Positions 40,600 through 50,638 of a stretch of 64,000 nucleotides of DNA are shown here, piece after piece; positions within the stretch are counted from its first letter, which is position 1, and every line of letters begins with the position of its first letter. Source of the stretch: a virus; the IMG/VR virus record IMGVR_UViG_3300042890_001842, positions 48,012 through 112,011 of that record; one strand, written 5' to 3'. The position numbers were made by a program, and so were the translations under genes. The notes beneath the pieces are model-generated. The model made no database searches, was not told the origin of the DNA, and was given only the letters and a program-made list of their open reading frames with translations.

Positions 40600-42798
40600 C
40601 TATGCTGCTATTAAAGTTCTCATTGCTTTTGCTACTAGCCCACCATTTCCTGTAGTTGGAGTAACTGTAATAGTTACCGTTCCAGCTGTGAGAGTTGCAG
40701 TAATTGTGAATAAATCTGTAGATGTCATAACGTTACCATATTCTGAAATATGAACATCTGCAGCATTAACGGTAACTAGTAGTTCTGTTAATTCACGCTC
40801 ATTTCCGCTTTTTCCTTGAATCAGATACTTTCCAGAAGTAAATGATGCTACTGCAAATGTATCCAAGGTATAACCAGTTCCAGCAGTCGCACATGTGACT
40901 GTTACAGAAGAGTCTTGTGAGTTTGCATATGCTACAGATGTTGCTGTAGCTGCTCCTATAGTTGGAGTTGTTAGTGTTGGGGAGTTTGCGAATACTAGAC
41001 CACCAGATGATCCTTGCTCATCAGTTATGGCTGCTGCTAGGTTTGCTGAAGATGGAGTTGTCAAGAATGTTGCAATTCCTGATCCCATTTGAGTAACGCT
41101 TAGAGTACCGTCTCCACCAGATGTAGTTACAAGACCATTTGTTGTTAATGAGCCTAGCTTCTTATTGGTTAAGCTTTCTGTTCCAGCCAAAGTAGCAAGT
41201 GTTCCAGTAGTTGGAAGAGTTACGCTTGTATTTCCAGTTGCTGTAAATGTTTGTGTAAATGAACCAGAGTGTGTAACGTTTCCTGCCAAAGTAATTGTAT
41301 TTGAACCATTATTTACTCCAGTACCACCGTATGTTGAACCAATTACTGATCCTTGCCAAGTGCCTGTTCCAATTGTTCCAAGTGTTGTAATTGATGTTTG
41401 TCCAACATATGTTGATGCAATATCAATGCTATCTGAATTTACGGTAATTCTATTTGAAGTTCCGCCTACATCATATGCATTTCCATTTTTTACAAGACCA
41501 GCTCCAGCTGTTGCTGTAGATGCTCCTGAGAACTGTGTCCATGTTACTGCGTCTGTTCCAATTGTTGTAACTTTTGCAGTTTGAACCCATAAAGTTGTTC
41601 CGTTCGTTGTACCTGATGCTACATAAACAAGATCTCCTGATCCCATTTCTGGTGTAGTGTTTTGATCTTCAGCACGTGTAAGTACCCAAGCTACTGCTCC
41701 TGTACCAAGAGTTGTAATAGTATAAATACCATTTTGCAATGCTGTTGTTTGGTTCTTAACAAGCACTCTGTCATTTAGTACTGGTGTCTGACCATCGATT
41801 GTAAATGCTGCCAGTGTTCCAGAGTTTGTAAGTGTTGCTCCAACTCCAGATGTTCCATTGCTATATGTTGCAGTTAAGTTAGCAGTTGTTGATGCTACTA
41901 CTGCTGCGTGAGCATTTAATCCTGCTGCTGCATTATCAACATATTGCTTTGTTGCTGCTTGTAGTGCAGATGAAGGATCTTGAGCTAATGTTACTGTTCC
42001 AGTAAATGTTGGATTATTCAGAGGAGCTCTAGATGTATCAGTTGGGTGAACGTGATCTTGTCTTGCTACTGTTGTTGAAGTTCCAACTGCAGCCGTTCCA
42101 TTCATTGGTGAAGTTGCGCTTGCAAGTGCTGTTATGCTATTAAAAGATGTACCAGTTGCAACGCCAATATTTGGAGTTGTAAGAGTTGGAGATGTTGCAA
42201 ATACTAATGCGCCAGATCCAGTTTCATCTGAAATAATTCCAGCCAACTGTGAAGATGTAGTTGATGAAAATGCGCTTAGGTTATTTGATGTATATGCTAC
42301 TGTTCCGCCTGCGCCAAATGCTACAGAAGAAGCATCAGTTCCTGTAAATGTTAATGTATTGCTTGCTGTAAGAGTTTTTCCGTCTGCAATTGTTAATGTT
42401 GACCCTGTAGCAGGAGCAGTAAATGCAACTTTGTTGATAGATGTTGCTGTAGCTATGCCTAGAGTTGGAGTTATAAGAGTTGGGCTTGATGCAAATACGA
42501 GAGATCCGCTACCAGTCTCATCAGAAATTATTCCAGCTAATTGTGAAGAAGTTGTTGATGAAAAGAATCCAAGATTGTTAGAGCTGAGTGCTAGCGTTCC
42601 AGCAGCATCTTGAATAGTAATTGCTCTTGATGCAGTAAGCGTAGTTGGGCTAATTGTAGCAGCATATGTTCCGCTTCCACCTGCCCTACCAGTAATGATG
42701 ACCGCATCTTGTGTATCCGCTGGTCTTACAATAATTCCAGAGGAGCCCTCTACTACCGCTCCACTTTTTACTCTAAAAGACTTATCTATTGTTGCCAT
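40600..42798 (-). CDS. Long fibre protein with internal repeats
   Basis: Three copies of SS..LA.IISDE.GSG.LVFA.SPTL.TP; AATKQYVD and DRVLV...QNGIY module. Confidence 0.75.
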   Translation of the reverse strand: MATIDKSFRVKSGAVVEGSSGIIVRPADTQDAVIITGRAGGSGTYAATISPTTLTASRAITIQDAAGTLALSSNNLGFFSSTTSSQLAGIISDETGSGSLVFASSPTLITPTLGIATATSINKVAFTAPATGSTLTIADGKTLTASNTLTFTGTDASSVAFGAGGTVAYTSNNLSAFSSTTSSQLAGIISDETGSGALVFATSPTLTTPNIGVATGTSFNSITALASATSPMNGTAAVGTSTTVARQDHVHPTDTSRAPLNNPTFTGTVTLAQDPSSALQAATKQYVDNAAAGLNAHAAVVASTTANLTATYSNGTSGVGATLTNSGTLAAFTIDGQTPVLNDRVLVKNQTTALQNGIYTITTLGTGAVAWVLTRAEDQNTTPEMGSGDLVYVASGTTNGTTLWVQTAKVTTIGTDAVTWTQFSGASTATAGAGLVKNGNAYDVGGTSNRITVNSDSIDIASTYVGQTSITTLGTIGTGTWQGSVIGSTYGGTGVNNGSNTITLAGNVTHSGSFTQTFTATGNTSVTLPTTGTLATLAGTESLTNKKLGSLTTNGLVTTSGGDGTLSVTQMGSGIATFLTTPSSANLAAAITDEQGSSGGLVFANSPTLTTPTIGAATATSVAYANSQDSSVTVTCATAGTGYTLDTFAVASFTSGKYLIQGKSGNERELTELLVTVNAADVHISEYGNVMTSTDLFTITATLTAGTVTITVTPTTGNGGLVAKAMRTLIAA

Positions 42799-42810
42799 AT
42801 TCTATCTCCC

Positions 42811-43629
42811 TTAAAACTTTATTCCAGTTCTAAAAAATCTTACCGTTATAGGGGATTTTCCAGATACTGGCGTAATCTTTAAACTAATTATACCACTTGT
42901 TTTTTCTGCTGATACCGTGGCTAGCTCAGTACTTGAGTATACATCTCCATACTGAGAAATCAATAAATTTGAGCCATCATTGGCTACAATTACCTCTGTA
43001 ACATGAACTTCATTAGAATATACAAATTGAAGCAAATACTTTAAAGTTCGCCATTCTGTGTCTGAGGTGGTATCTACCGTTGTCTGATTTTCTATACCAG
43101 ACACTATAGATTCTAAATTATTTGTCTTTATACCTACATTAGATATACTATTAGTAACATCTGAGGTTAAAGCAACTGTTCCAGTATTATCTGGCAGTGT
43201 TATTGTTCTGTCCGCCGTAGGATCTAAAAGTGTTAGTATGGTCTCAAATTCATTTGCTGTTAGCCCCTCGAAAATAATATTGTCACTGATTATAGGACTA
43301 GTTAGGGTTTTATTTGTTAAAGTTTGCGTTCCAGAATTTGTTGTTACCGTAGAATCTATATCTAAAGTTATAGTATTGGTACCATCATCGTATGTTTTGT
43401 CAAGACCAGTTCCAGCCACTAGAGCATTATTTACTGCATCTTGAGACAATTCGTCTAAATCAGAAGGTAGAATTGATGCATAAGAAAGAGATGTCCAATT
43501 TGATGAACCATTTCCTATTTTAAACTTTCCAGTATTAGTCTCAAAACCAATTTCGCCTGCTGATAAAACTGTATTACTGGAAGTCCAGTTTGATGATGTA
43601 TCTCTTCTTACTTGAATCTTCGTTGCCAT
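42811..43629 (-). CDS. Fibre protein with Mtd_N / hyaluronidase-N-like N-terminus
   Basis: IQVRR....W...N.VL..GEIGFE..TGKFKIG.G...W..L.Y motif. Confidence 0.8.
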   Translation of the reverse strand: MATKIQVRRDTSSNWTSSNTVLSAGEIGFETNTGKFKIGNGSSNWTSLSYASILPSDLDELSQDAVNNALVAGTGLDKTYDDGTNTITLDIDSTVTTNSGTQTLTNKTLTSPIISDNIIFEGLTANEFETILTLLDPTADRTITLPDNTGTVALTSDVTNSISNVGIKTNNLESIVSGIENQTTVDTTSDTEWRTLKYLLQFVYSNEVHVTEVIVANDGSNLLISQYGDVYSSTELATVSAEKTSGIISLKITPVSGKSPITVRFFRTGIKF

Positions 43630-43648
43630 TTTACCTCCCTATTAATTA

Positions 43649-44053
43649 TCATACATTATAATATGCATTGATAAAGGTTCCTTCTGTTGAATAGCCGCCA
43701 TCCAAAACTAAATCAAAACTCATTGTTGAAGCTCCACCGCCATCTATTGGACTTTGAGCTTCAGATCTATAAGCTATTTCGTTCCATATATTATTATAAG
43801 CAATAGCAAAACTATTTGTAACTGTGTTAAATGCTATTGTACCATTAACTGGTGACGATGCATATTCATTTACAATCTGAACAGAATTTGCTGTTGCTGC
43901 CGATGTTGTCGATGCAAGAGCAATCCATGTCGATCCGTTATAAAGCTTTAAAAGATTTAAAGAAGTATTAAAATAAATAGCACCAACTGTTCCACCCGCT
44001 GGATCTGAATCTAAAGAGGGCGGAACAATAGGCGTTAAATATTTTCTTGCCAC
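43649..44053 (-). CDS. Short fibre connector protein
   Basis: Two P..G.I.FN repeats; C-terminal DGG motifs. Confidence 0.65.
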   Translation of the reverse strand: MARKYLTPIVPPSLDSDPAGGTVGAIYFNTSLNLLKLYNGSTWIALASTTSAATANSVQIVNEYASSPVNGTIAFNTVTNSFAIAYNNIWNEIAYRSEAQSPIDGGGASTMSFDLVLDGGYSTEGTFINAYYNV

Positions 44054-44055
44054 TT

Positions 44056-45564
44056 TTAACCAACTACTACTACTCTATATTGATTTGCAGATGGTGCTGT
44101 TGCAAATTTAATTGTAACTGTATTTACTCCTGTATGTTCAACATCTGGAAAGACCTCAGCATATGGTGAGTTATTATCATAAACAGCAACGGTAACATCT
44201 CTTGTATTAAAATTGTGAGTTACTGTGTGTGAAGTTGCTGATGAAATATCTTCTGAGTGCTTACGAACTCCATAACCTGAAGCAAATCCAAGTACTCCAG
44301 TTGAAAATTGCAATCCAGTTCCAGCATTTATTCCTAGACCATTTATGTCTACAGATAAGCCACGAGATGTATCAGTCTTTACTTCAATTGCACCACCAGT
44401 ATTTGTAAGAGATGCATTTCCGCTGCTTGGAGTTACATCTGCACTAAATACTGTGCCAGTTAAAGTTAGTCCTGATCCAGCTGTATAAGTTCCAGCTCCT
44501 GAAAATTGAGTAAAGCTAATTGCATCTGTACCTATTGTTGCTGGCTTTAAAGTTTGAACCCAGCCAGTAGAAGCATAAGTGGTACCTTCTGATACATATA
44601 TAAAGTCTCCAGATGCTACTTCTAATGCTGTATCAAAATCTGTTGCACGAACTGCTGATCCAGAAGATTGAACAACATAAATACCATTTTGTGATCCTGT
44701 AGTTTGTGCATTAACAAGTACTCTATCTCCTGCGACAAGAGTTACTCCATCAATTATATCTCCAGCTTCAAGTGCTGTAGACAAATCAATATTTGATGCT
44801 ACATAAACTCTGGCTGCAGCATGGATATGAAGTCCTTCTGAAACTGCATCCACATAGCCCTTTGTTGCTGCATCAGCTGAATTAACAGGTGTTGCAAGAT
44901 TTGTAATTGTTTGGCTATTCATTGAGAATGAAGAGCTTGGGGCTGTTAAATCTGTTACCTTATTTGTTGTTAAAATTACAGTTCCAGATAAATCAGGAAG
45001 TGAAATTGTTCTATCATCTGTTGGATCTATAACTTGCAAATTAGTTTCAAAATTATTTGCTGTCGAACCCTCAAACACTATAGTGGAATCACTTAAAGAT
45101 AGTCCGCTAACTATTGGGGAGCCAATCGTTTTGTTTGTAAGTGTTTCTGCTCCAGATAATGTTGCAAAGTCCCCATCAGTCAGTGCTGTATTAAACTCTG
45201 CTATGGTTCCAGAAACTGTATTTGAGCCAAGTGCAATAGTCTTATTTGTAAGAGTTTGCGTTCCGCTATTTGTTGTTACTGCCGAATCGATCTGTAAAGT
45301 TAAAGTTCCATTATTATCATCGTATAGTTTATTAAGACCAGTTCCATTTATAATCATTGTAGAAACTACGTCTTGAATTACTTCTGCAGCACCTGATGCT
45401 GGAATCCATGCGGTTCCGTTGTAAAAGTATAAAATATTATCAGTAGTATCAAAATAAATTTGACCAGCTACTGGACTTGATGGTGCTGTACTTAAATTTT
45501 GAACTCTAGCATTCTGAAGCTCGTTCTTATTCAGATTTATGCTGGTTACAAATAATCTTGCCAT
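44056..45564 (-). CDS. Fibre protein
   Basis: QTLTNKT repeats; DAATKGYVD and GDRVLV...QNGIY module; C-terminal HN domain. Confidence 0.75.
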   Translation of the reverse strand: MARLFVTSINLNKNELQNARVQNLSTAPSSPVAGQIYFDTTDNILYFYNGTAWIPASGAAEVIQDVVSTMIINGTGLNKLYDDNNGTLTLQIDSAVTTNSGTQTLTNKTIALGSNTVSGTIAEFNTALTDGDFATLSGAETLTNKTIGSPIVSGLSLSDSTIVFEGSTANNFETNLQVIDPTDDRTISLPDLSGTVILTTNKVTDLTAPSSSFSMNSQTITNLATPVNSADAATKGYVDAVSEGLHIHAAARVYVASNIDLSTALEAGDIIDGVTLVAGDRVLVNAQTTGSQNGIYVVQSSGSAVRATDFDTALEVASGDFIYVSEGTTYASTGWVQTLKPATIGTDAISFTQFSGAGTYTAGSGLTLTGTVFSADVTPSSGNASLTNTGGAIEVKTDTSRGLSVDINGLGINAGTGLQFSTGVLGFASGYGVRKHSEDISSATSHTVTHNFNTRDVTVAVYDNNSPYAEVFPDVEHTGVNTVTIKFATAPSANQYRVVVVG

Positions 45565-45576
45565 TTTCTTTGCTCC

Positions 45577-46023
45577 TTAAGACAGGTACGCTGTCCCTGC
45601 GAATGGTTGAGCCATTGTCAGTGTTAATATATAGTCATTATTATAGTATATTCCCGTTTCTAATACATCTTCAGCACTATTAATTACTGTTACGTTTGGC
45701 TTGAAGCCAAGGTTATGAATAATTAACACTGAAAATATACCATTAAACGGTCCATCTACTTGAGAAACTTCCCAGGACATTTCGTATGAAATTACGCCAG
45801 CATTTAAAAGAAAGCTGTTTGCTCCAACCCATGATAAGTCCGATAGCTTTGGACCATAAAACCTTGTAGTCTGGGTATCGTAAAAAAAATCACCAGATAC
45901 TCCAAGATTTGCAGCTGGGGCTCCAACTCCATTTAATATCGTTCTTCCAGCAGGACCTTGAACTCCTGATGACGAGACGATTACATCATTGACTGTTTCA
46001 TTTATTACTATGGTTTCTGTCAT
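45577..46023 (-). CDS. Fibre-base protein
   Basis: GVQGPAG...G..GDFFYD motif; C-terminal HNLG..P.V domain. Confidence 0.65.
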   Translation of the reverse strand: MTETIVINETVNDVIVSSSGVQGPAGRTILNGVGAPAANLGVSGDFFYDTQTTRFYGPKLSDLSWVGANSFLLNAGVISYEMSWEVSQVDGPFNGIFSVLIIHNLGFKPNVTVINSAEDVLETGIYYNNDYILTLTMAQPFAGTAYLS

Positions 46024-46370
46024 TATATTGTCACCGATCTGCTTAAAGTAATAAATCCTTCAATTAGCTTTGTCTTAACAGTATTTGAATCTGTTATCAT
46101 TAGGTCATAAGAGGACTTTGGATAGAACAATTTATTTGTTTGAGTCGGAGTCATTCTAACAGTTAGCTTACCAAGTAGAGGATCTATTGTTATTCCACTA
46201 GCTGGTGACGTAAGGGTAAATGCCAACTTGCTTCCACCCTTTGTATCACGAACTTGCAATTTAGCTGATGCACCAGTTAAATTTATAGGTGTACCAGTTG
46301 GATCTTTATATTCGATTACAAAGGTAAAAGTAGTATTTTGATCTATTTCAAAATTCTTTTGTGTTGCCAT
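46023..46370 (-). CDS. BppU-N-like Ig-fold virion attachment protein
   Basis: PINLTG..A..QVR...YDL pattern; AGGAG SD. Confidence 0.65.
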   Translation of the reverse strand: MATQKNFEIDQNTTFTFVIEYKDPTGTPINLTGASAKLQVRDTKGGSKLAFTLTSPASGITIDPLLGKLTVRMTPTQTNKLFYPKSSYDLMITDSNTVKTKLIEGFITLSRSVTI

Positions 46371-46395
46371 TTTCAAAATCTCCTAAATAGGAAAA

Positions 46396-46421
46396 CTCCT
46401 ATGCTTATTTTAGCATAGGAG
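46396..46421 (-). terminator. Hairpin after the holin-like gene, overlapping a TGC-TAAAAT promoter
   Basis: CTCCTATGCT...AGCATAGGAG inverted repeat with a T-run on the minus strand. Confidence 0.6.
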
Positions 46422-46442
46422 TCGTCCTAACTACTTATTTAA

Positions 46443-46670
46443 TTATGACTTCTTTGTAAATCCAAAAGCTGGCTCATTAGTATTGAGAGCCTTTAGAATC
46501 ACTGGAAGTACCGCTGCGATTCCGCCCTTAACTAAATCTCCTGGATCAGTATTTCCTGTCATGTATAGAGCTATCGATGCACCTAAAAAGTGACGTCCAT
46601 AGCTTGCTAACGCTGCTAGAATCTTTTCCTGCATTGTTACTTTCCCGTCTTTGTTTAGATCTTTATTCAT
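46443..46670 (-). CDS. Holin-like small membrane protein
   Basis: 75 aa, two hydrophobic segments, basic tail, strong SD. Confidence 0.55.
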   Translation of the reverse strand: MNKDLNKDGKVTMQEKILAALASYGRHFLGASIALYMTGNTDPGDLVKGGIAAVLPVILKALNTNEPAFGFTKKS

Positions 46671-46739
46671 TAGATCCTCCTATTTCTGAGCGGTGTGCCC
46701 AGGAATTTTGGGTTTTACCCCAATCCTATTATTGTACCA

Positions 46740-48686
46740 CTATGCTGAAATATCTACAATTTCACAATTGCCGTCAGAAGTACAGGCTAGAGTTTGTGTG
46801 CCAGAAGTTCCATCTTCTGTTTCATAAAAAGACAAATCCTCCCAACGAATATTTTTTGGCATTTTTGCAACAAGTGCTTCGTATTCTTCTCTTGTTACTT
46901 CTTGGTATGGAGCTTGCTTATATGAATGGTCTGAGTGAGGCAAAAATGAAATACCTGATACCTCATCAAAGTGCTTATAGACCCATGCTCCAACTTCCAT
47001 CCATTCGTCTTCTTTTACAGAAACTGTAATTGAAGGCTTATGTTCACACCATGCACGTTGGTAAACTAACCAAGTATTTAAATGTTCTATTGCTGTTAAA
47101 TCATTTCTAGTAATTGCACCTTCTGGAGCTTTTACTGGGAATGAGAATACGTGAGTATCATTTGGCTTCATCACATCGTCTTCAACTGGAATTCCAACTT
47201 CCTTTAGAAATGTTGATAGCGGATCTTTCTTGTCGCCACGAACTGTACGAATATAATAATCTGAATGCCAAGCATGCATTCCTGAAGAAACGCCAACCAG
47301 CTGAGAAACTGTTCCAGAAGGTTTTACACATGTAATAGCTGCAGACTCAGGGATACCAATCTTTCCAGCAATGTCTGAATTAACCTCTCTTGCTTTTTCT
47401 CTTAGTGTCATTAGAAATGCTTCTAGAGAAACAAGGTCTTCTTTACCTGACATAAACTTATGCCCAAATTGTCCAGTCAAAGAAACTCCTAGTAGTCTTT
47501 CTTCTTCTGTGTTGTCCTTCCAAATTTTACGAAGGTACTTAAAGTCTGTTAGCGTTGACTGCCACGTTCCAAGAATAGTTGCAAGTTCAACTTTCCTTTC
47601 AATATCTTTCTTTGTATCACTTTCACGTAATACGACTTCTGAAAGATTACAAAACTGATAAGGACGTAGAATAATTTCGGAACATGGGTTTGTTCCATAA
47701 TGTACTTCTGGATCTCTGCGTCCAAACTTTGCCGCTTGCTTTTGCGCTGCTGCAACATTATAAATTCCACGTTCGCCTGACTTTGAGTCATATAATGATT
47801 TCCATTCTGCAATAAATTGTTCCATCTCTGGTTTTCTAGAATAAGCAACAGAGTTGTTTGAAAGTGCACGTTGTGAGTTATTCTCCCACCAGTTACCTGA
47901 TTTAGCTTGAGCCATCTCGATGTCATTGATGTTTGAAAGAGAAATCATTGCAGAGCGGCGAACTCCTCCGACAACAACAACTTCACCAATCTTACACATT
48001 AAATCATGAGCTTCAATTGGCTTTAATTGACGACCTGATGCCGACTTAAACTTTGCAACTGTAAAATCAAATAAATTGATTAATGGTTGAGGGCCTGATG
48101 AACGTCCGCCCATTGTCTTAAGACGTGCACCTGCTGGACGCAACTTACTTACATCAATTGCTGGAACTTGTCCTGCCCACAACATTGCAAGTAGTTCACG
48201 ATAAGCTTTTGCCCAACCAGTTTTTGAATCTTCAACAACAATGACTGTTGTAGACTTTTCAAATGACTCTGGGACGGAAGGAAGCTTATTAACATACTTA
48301 TACTCAACAGAGAATCCAACACCAGTACCACACATTAGAATATACATAGTCTCATCAAATGATCTTGGTGAATCAACTGGCACAAATGAACAATTATATC
48401 CAGCAACATGATCTCTATCTAATGCAGCTCCTGCAGTCATTACTGATCGCATCGATGGCATTACGTTTCTGTCATATACTGCTTGCTTAAGTTCTTCTAC
48501 TAATTTTGATTCTGGCTTATATGAGTGTTCCTTGAAAAGGTGATTCAGCATAAAATTAAAATATCGATCTACTGTCTCTCCCCATGTTTCACGACGATTT
48601 TCTTCTTGTAGCCATCTTGCATATCGTGATAGTGCAATAAAGTTTTCATACGGGTTTTCAATAGTTCTTGACATTTTCAGTGACAC
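46740..48686 (-). CDS. nrdJ: Class II (adenosylcobalamin-dependent) ribonucleotide reductase
   Basis: YNCSF, GGVRRSA, TNPCSEI, CNLSE, CVKPSGTVS and C-terminal CxxxxxC motifs; no beta-subunit gene alongside. Start may be 48674. Confidence 0.93.
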   Translation of the reverse strand: MSLKMSRTIENPYENFIALSRYARWLQEENRRETWGETVDRYFNFMLNHLFKEHSYKPESKLVEELKQAVYDRNVMPSMRSVMTAGAALDRDHVAGYNCSFVPVDSPRSFDETMYILMCGTGVGFSVEYKYVNKLPSVPESFEKSTTVIVVEDSKTGWAKAYRELLAMLWAGQVPAIDVSKLRPAGARLKTMGGRSSGPQPLINLFDFTVAKFKSASGRQLKPIEAHDLMCKIGEVVVVGGVRRSAMISLSNINDIEMAQAKSGNWWENNSQRALSNNSVAYSRKPEMEQFIAEWKSLYDSKSGERGIYNVAAAQKQAAKFGRRDPEVHYGTNPCSEIILRPYQFCNLSEVVLRESDTKKDIERKVELATILGTWQSTLTDFKYLRKIWKDNTEEERLLGVSLTGQFGHKFMSGKEDLVSLEAFLMTLREKAREVNSDIAGKIGIPESAAITCVKPSGTVSQLVGVSSGMHAWHSDYYIRTVRGDKKDPLSTFLKEVGIPVEDDVMKPNDTHVFSFPVKAPEGAITRNDLTAIEHLNTWLVYQRAWCEHKPSITVSVKEDEWMEVGAWVYKHFDEVSGISFLPHSDHSYKQAPYQEVTREEYEALVAKMPKNIRWEDLSFYETEDGTSGTQTLACTSDGNCEIVDISA

Positions 48687-48765
48687 CTTTTCTTCCGCCT
48701 AACGGATTGATTAAATTTTAGATAGAGTCCTATTCTAGCAAACTTTATTTATAGTGGGAAGTCTT

Positions 48766-49764
48766 TTAAGAAAACTTTTTAAAAATGTGTTCAAAAGCAT
48801 TATTAGTCAACTGTAACCAATTGTAATCCTTATGTAGTCTACTTGACTGTGCATAATAATATCCTGACATTGCTTTAAAGTTTTTTGCAACAAAAAGCAT
48901 ATGCTCTTCTAAGTTTTCTTTATCTGGTTTAAACATTTGTCCAAGATGTATGCTTTTAATTGTATTTGGTATTGCTTCATCTGTAAGTGTTGAGTTAAGC
49001 TTTAGAGGCCCAAGATAATCTTTGTAATGTGCCCAGGCTTCTGTGCAAATTGTAGGCATACCAGTTGCTAAAGCCTGAAAAGGAATAAGTCCAAAACCTT
49101 CTCCCCATCCTGGATATATCAAAACATGATGTGAGTTATATAAATCTACTAGTTGACTTAAATTTAACTCATCTGTTATAATCTTTATATTATTATATAT
49201 ATTAGGAGTAGATATCTTATTATCATTAATATGTACTCTAGTACTATTACTATAATGTCCTTTAATAGTTAAAGAATAACGTTCATCCCCAGCAAAATAT
49301 TTTACAAAAGCATCAAGAGCCATTTGCCCACCTTTTCTAGGTGCAGGTTCTCCAACATGTAAAAACTTTAATGGTCTGTCTTCAGCAACAACTCTTCTAA
49401 CTGGAGACCAAACATCTTCTATTCCATGTGGAAAAACTTTTATGTTAACCTTAACTCCGTTTTCTTGAAAAACATTTGCACACCAATCAGATGTTGTCCA
49501 CACTTCATCACATCTGTTAAATAATGCAACCCATTCTTTTTTTATTACAGTAGATTCCCATGGTGTATATCCAATTTGATATTGATTTTTATTAAAGTCA
49601 AAATAATCTGGTTGACAAAAGTTTAATTGAACTTTTGCAGTTTTATCATCTACATTAACTTCATGACCAAGTTCTTTTAATGATCTTACTATATTCCCGC
49701 CAGCATAACCATATCCAATTGCTGGATTTAATGATTGTTTAGCTGTGTGATAAGATATTTTCAT
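48766..49764 (-). CDS. GT4 (GT-B) glycosyltransferase
   Basis: RKG and EGFGL...A.A.G.P motifs; start chosen at MKISY. Confidence 0.85.
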   Translation of the reverse strand: MKISYHTAKQSLNPAIGYGYAGGNIVRSLKELGHEVNVDDKTAKVQLNFCQPDYFDFNKNQYQIGYTPWESTVIKKEWVALFNRCDEVWTTSDWCANVFQENGVKVNIKVFPHGIEDVWSPVRRVVAEDRPLKFLHVGEPAPRKGGQMALDAFVKYFAGDERYSLTIKGHYSNSTRVHINDNKISTPNIYNNIKIITDELNLSQLVDLYNSHHVLIYPGWGEGFGLIPFQALATGMPTICTEAWAHYKDYLGPLKLNSTLTDEAIPNTIKSIHLGQMFKPDKENLEEHMLFVAKNFKAMSGYYYAQSSRLHKDYNWLQLTNNAFEHIFKKFS

Positions 49765-49842
49765 TTTAACTTTCTGGTTGACTAGCTTGACAGTTATTAT
49801 CAAACAATGTTATTATTATAGTTCGTTATCTCTAAAGGAGGA

Positions 49843-50409
49843 ATGCCAATGGAGAATATAAAAGAAAAACTGAGCAGCGTTGTTCATGGATGGACTGTAG
49901 TAGGAATGATAACATTATTTCTATTCGGAGTCCAGCCAAAGCCAATGCAATCAGCAGAAGCACTGGTTGTTAAACCAGAAGTTTCTATACAACAAGAAGC
50001 ACAACTGAAGAAAGAATCGCTGGAAAAGTTCAGCAATACTGTGTACAAACCTTCAGAAATGCTTACAGACAAAGAGTTGCTGCAACTTCTCAAGTCTGTA
50101 GGTTTTGAAGGACAAGCCCTTAAAATGGCTTGGGCTGTAGCTAAGAAGGAGTCCAATGGACGCCCAATGGCTTATAACGGCAACAGGAATACTGGAGACA
50201 GTTCCTACGGAATTTTTCAGATCAATATGCTAGGTACTCTTGGCGAAGATCGTAAAGAGAAATTCAATTTGAGATCGAATGTACTATTGTTCGATCCAGT
50301 AATAAACGCAGAGATAACGTACTATATGACTGATGGCGGTAAAAACTGGTCATCCTGGAAAGGCTTAACGCCAAATACAAAAAAGTGGCTAAAAGAATTT
50401 CCAAATTAG
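49843..50409 (+). CDS. Membrane-anchored lysozyme-like / lytic transglycosylase
   Basis: N-terminal TM segment; A..ES.G...A.N and YGIFQIN motifs; GGAGG SD; upstream TTGACA...TATTAT. Confidence 0.82.
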   Translation: MPMENIKEKLSSVVHGWTVVGMITLFLFGVQPKPMQSAEALVVKPEVSIQQEAQLKKESLEKFSNTVYKPSEMLTDKELLQLLKSVGFEGQALKMAWAVAKKESNGRPMAYNGNRNTGDSSYGIFQINMLGTLGEDRKEKFNLRSNVLLFDPVINAEITYYMTDGGKNWSSWKGLTPNTKKWLKEFPN

Positions 50410-50422
50410 TTAGGAGATAAGT

Positions 50423-50638
50423 ATTAAGATACAAGTTGTTTCAAAATATTTATCAATGGCAAAAGAGGGCCTTGTTCAAGAAATGGATTGCCCAATAGAT
50501 CAAGGCCTTCTTTTCCCTAACATAGATGTTGAAGATAAAATATATTTATATTGCATATCTTGCAATTATAAGAGTTATATCGGAACAGATTTATATTCCG
50601 ACATGAAAAGAGCGGTGGATGGAAAGCACATACAATAG
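50423..50638 (+). CDS. Small zinc-ribbon-like protein (ATT start proposed; first ATG at 50456)
   Basis: CP.D...CxxC; AGGAG lies 6 nt before an in-frame ATT. Confidence 0.55.
   Translation: MKIQVVSKYLSMAKEGLVQEMDCPIDQGLLFPNIDVEDKIYLYCISCNYKSYIGTDLYSDMKRAVDGKHIQ

Noticed and set aside
1313-43629. Diversity-generating retroelement (Mtd_N-like domain plus a repeated segment)
   Set aside because: No reverse transcriptase in the window, no adenine-specific TR/VR differences, and Mtd_N is a generic fibre N-terminus.
4358-48331. Many plus-strand and nested ORFs (e.g. 19965-20708, 27820-28419, 5243-5785, 46577-47029)
   Set aside because: Shadows of well-supported minus-strand genes, with no RBS or recognisable motifs.
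48687-48765. Cobalamin riboswitch or NrdR box upstream of nrdJ
   Set aside because: The gap is too short for a riboswitch, and only a half-match to the NrdR palindrome is present.
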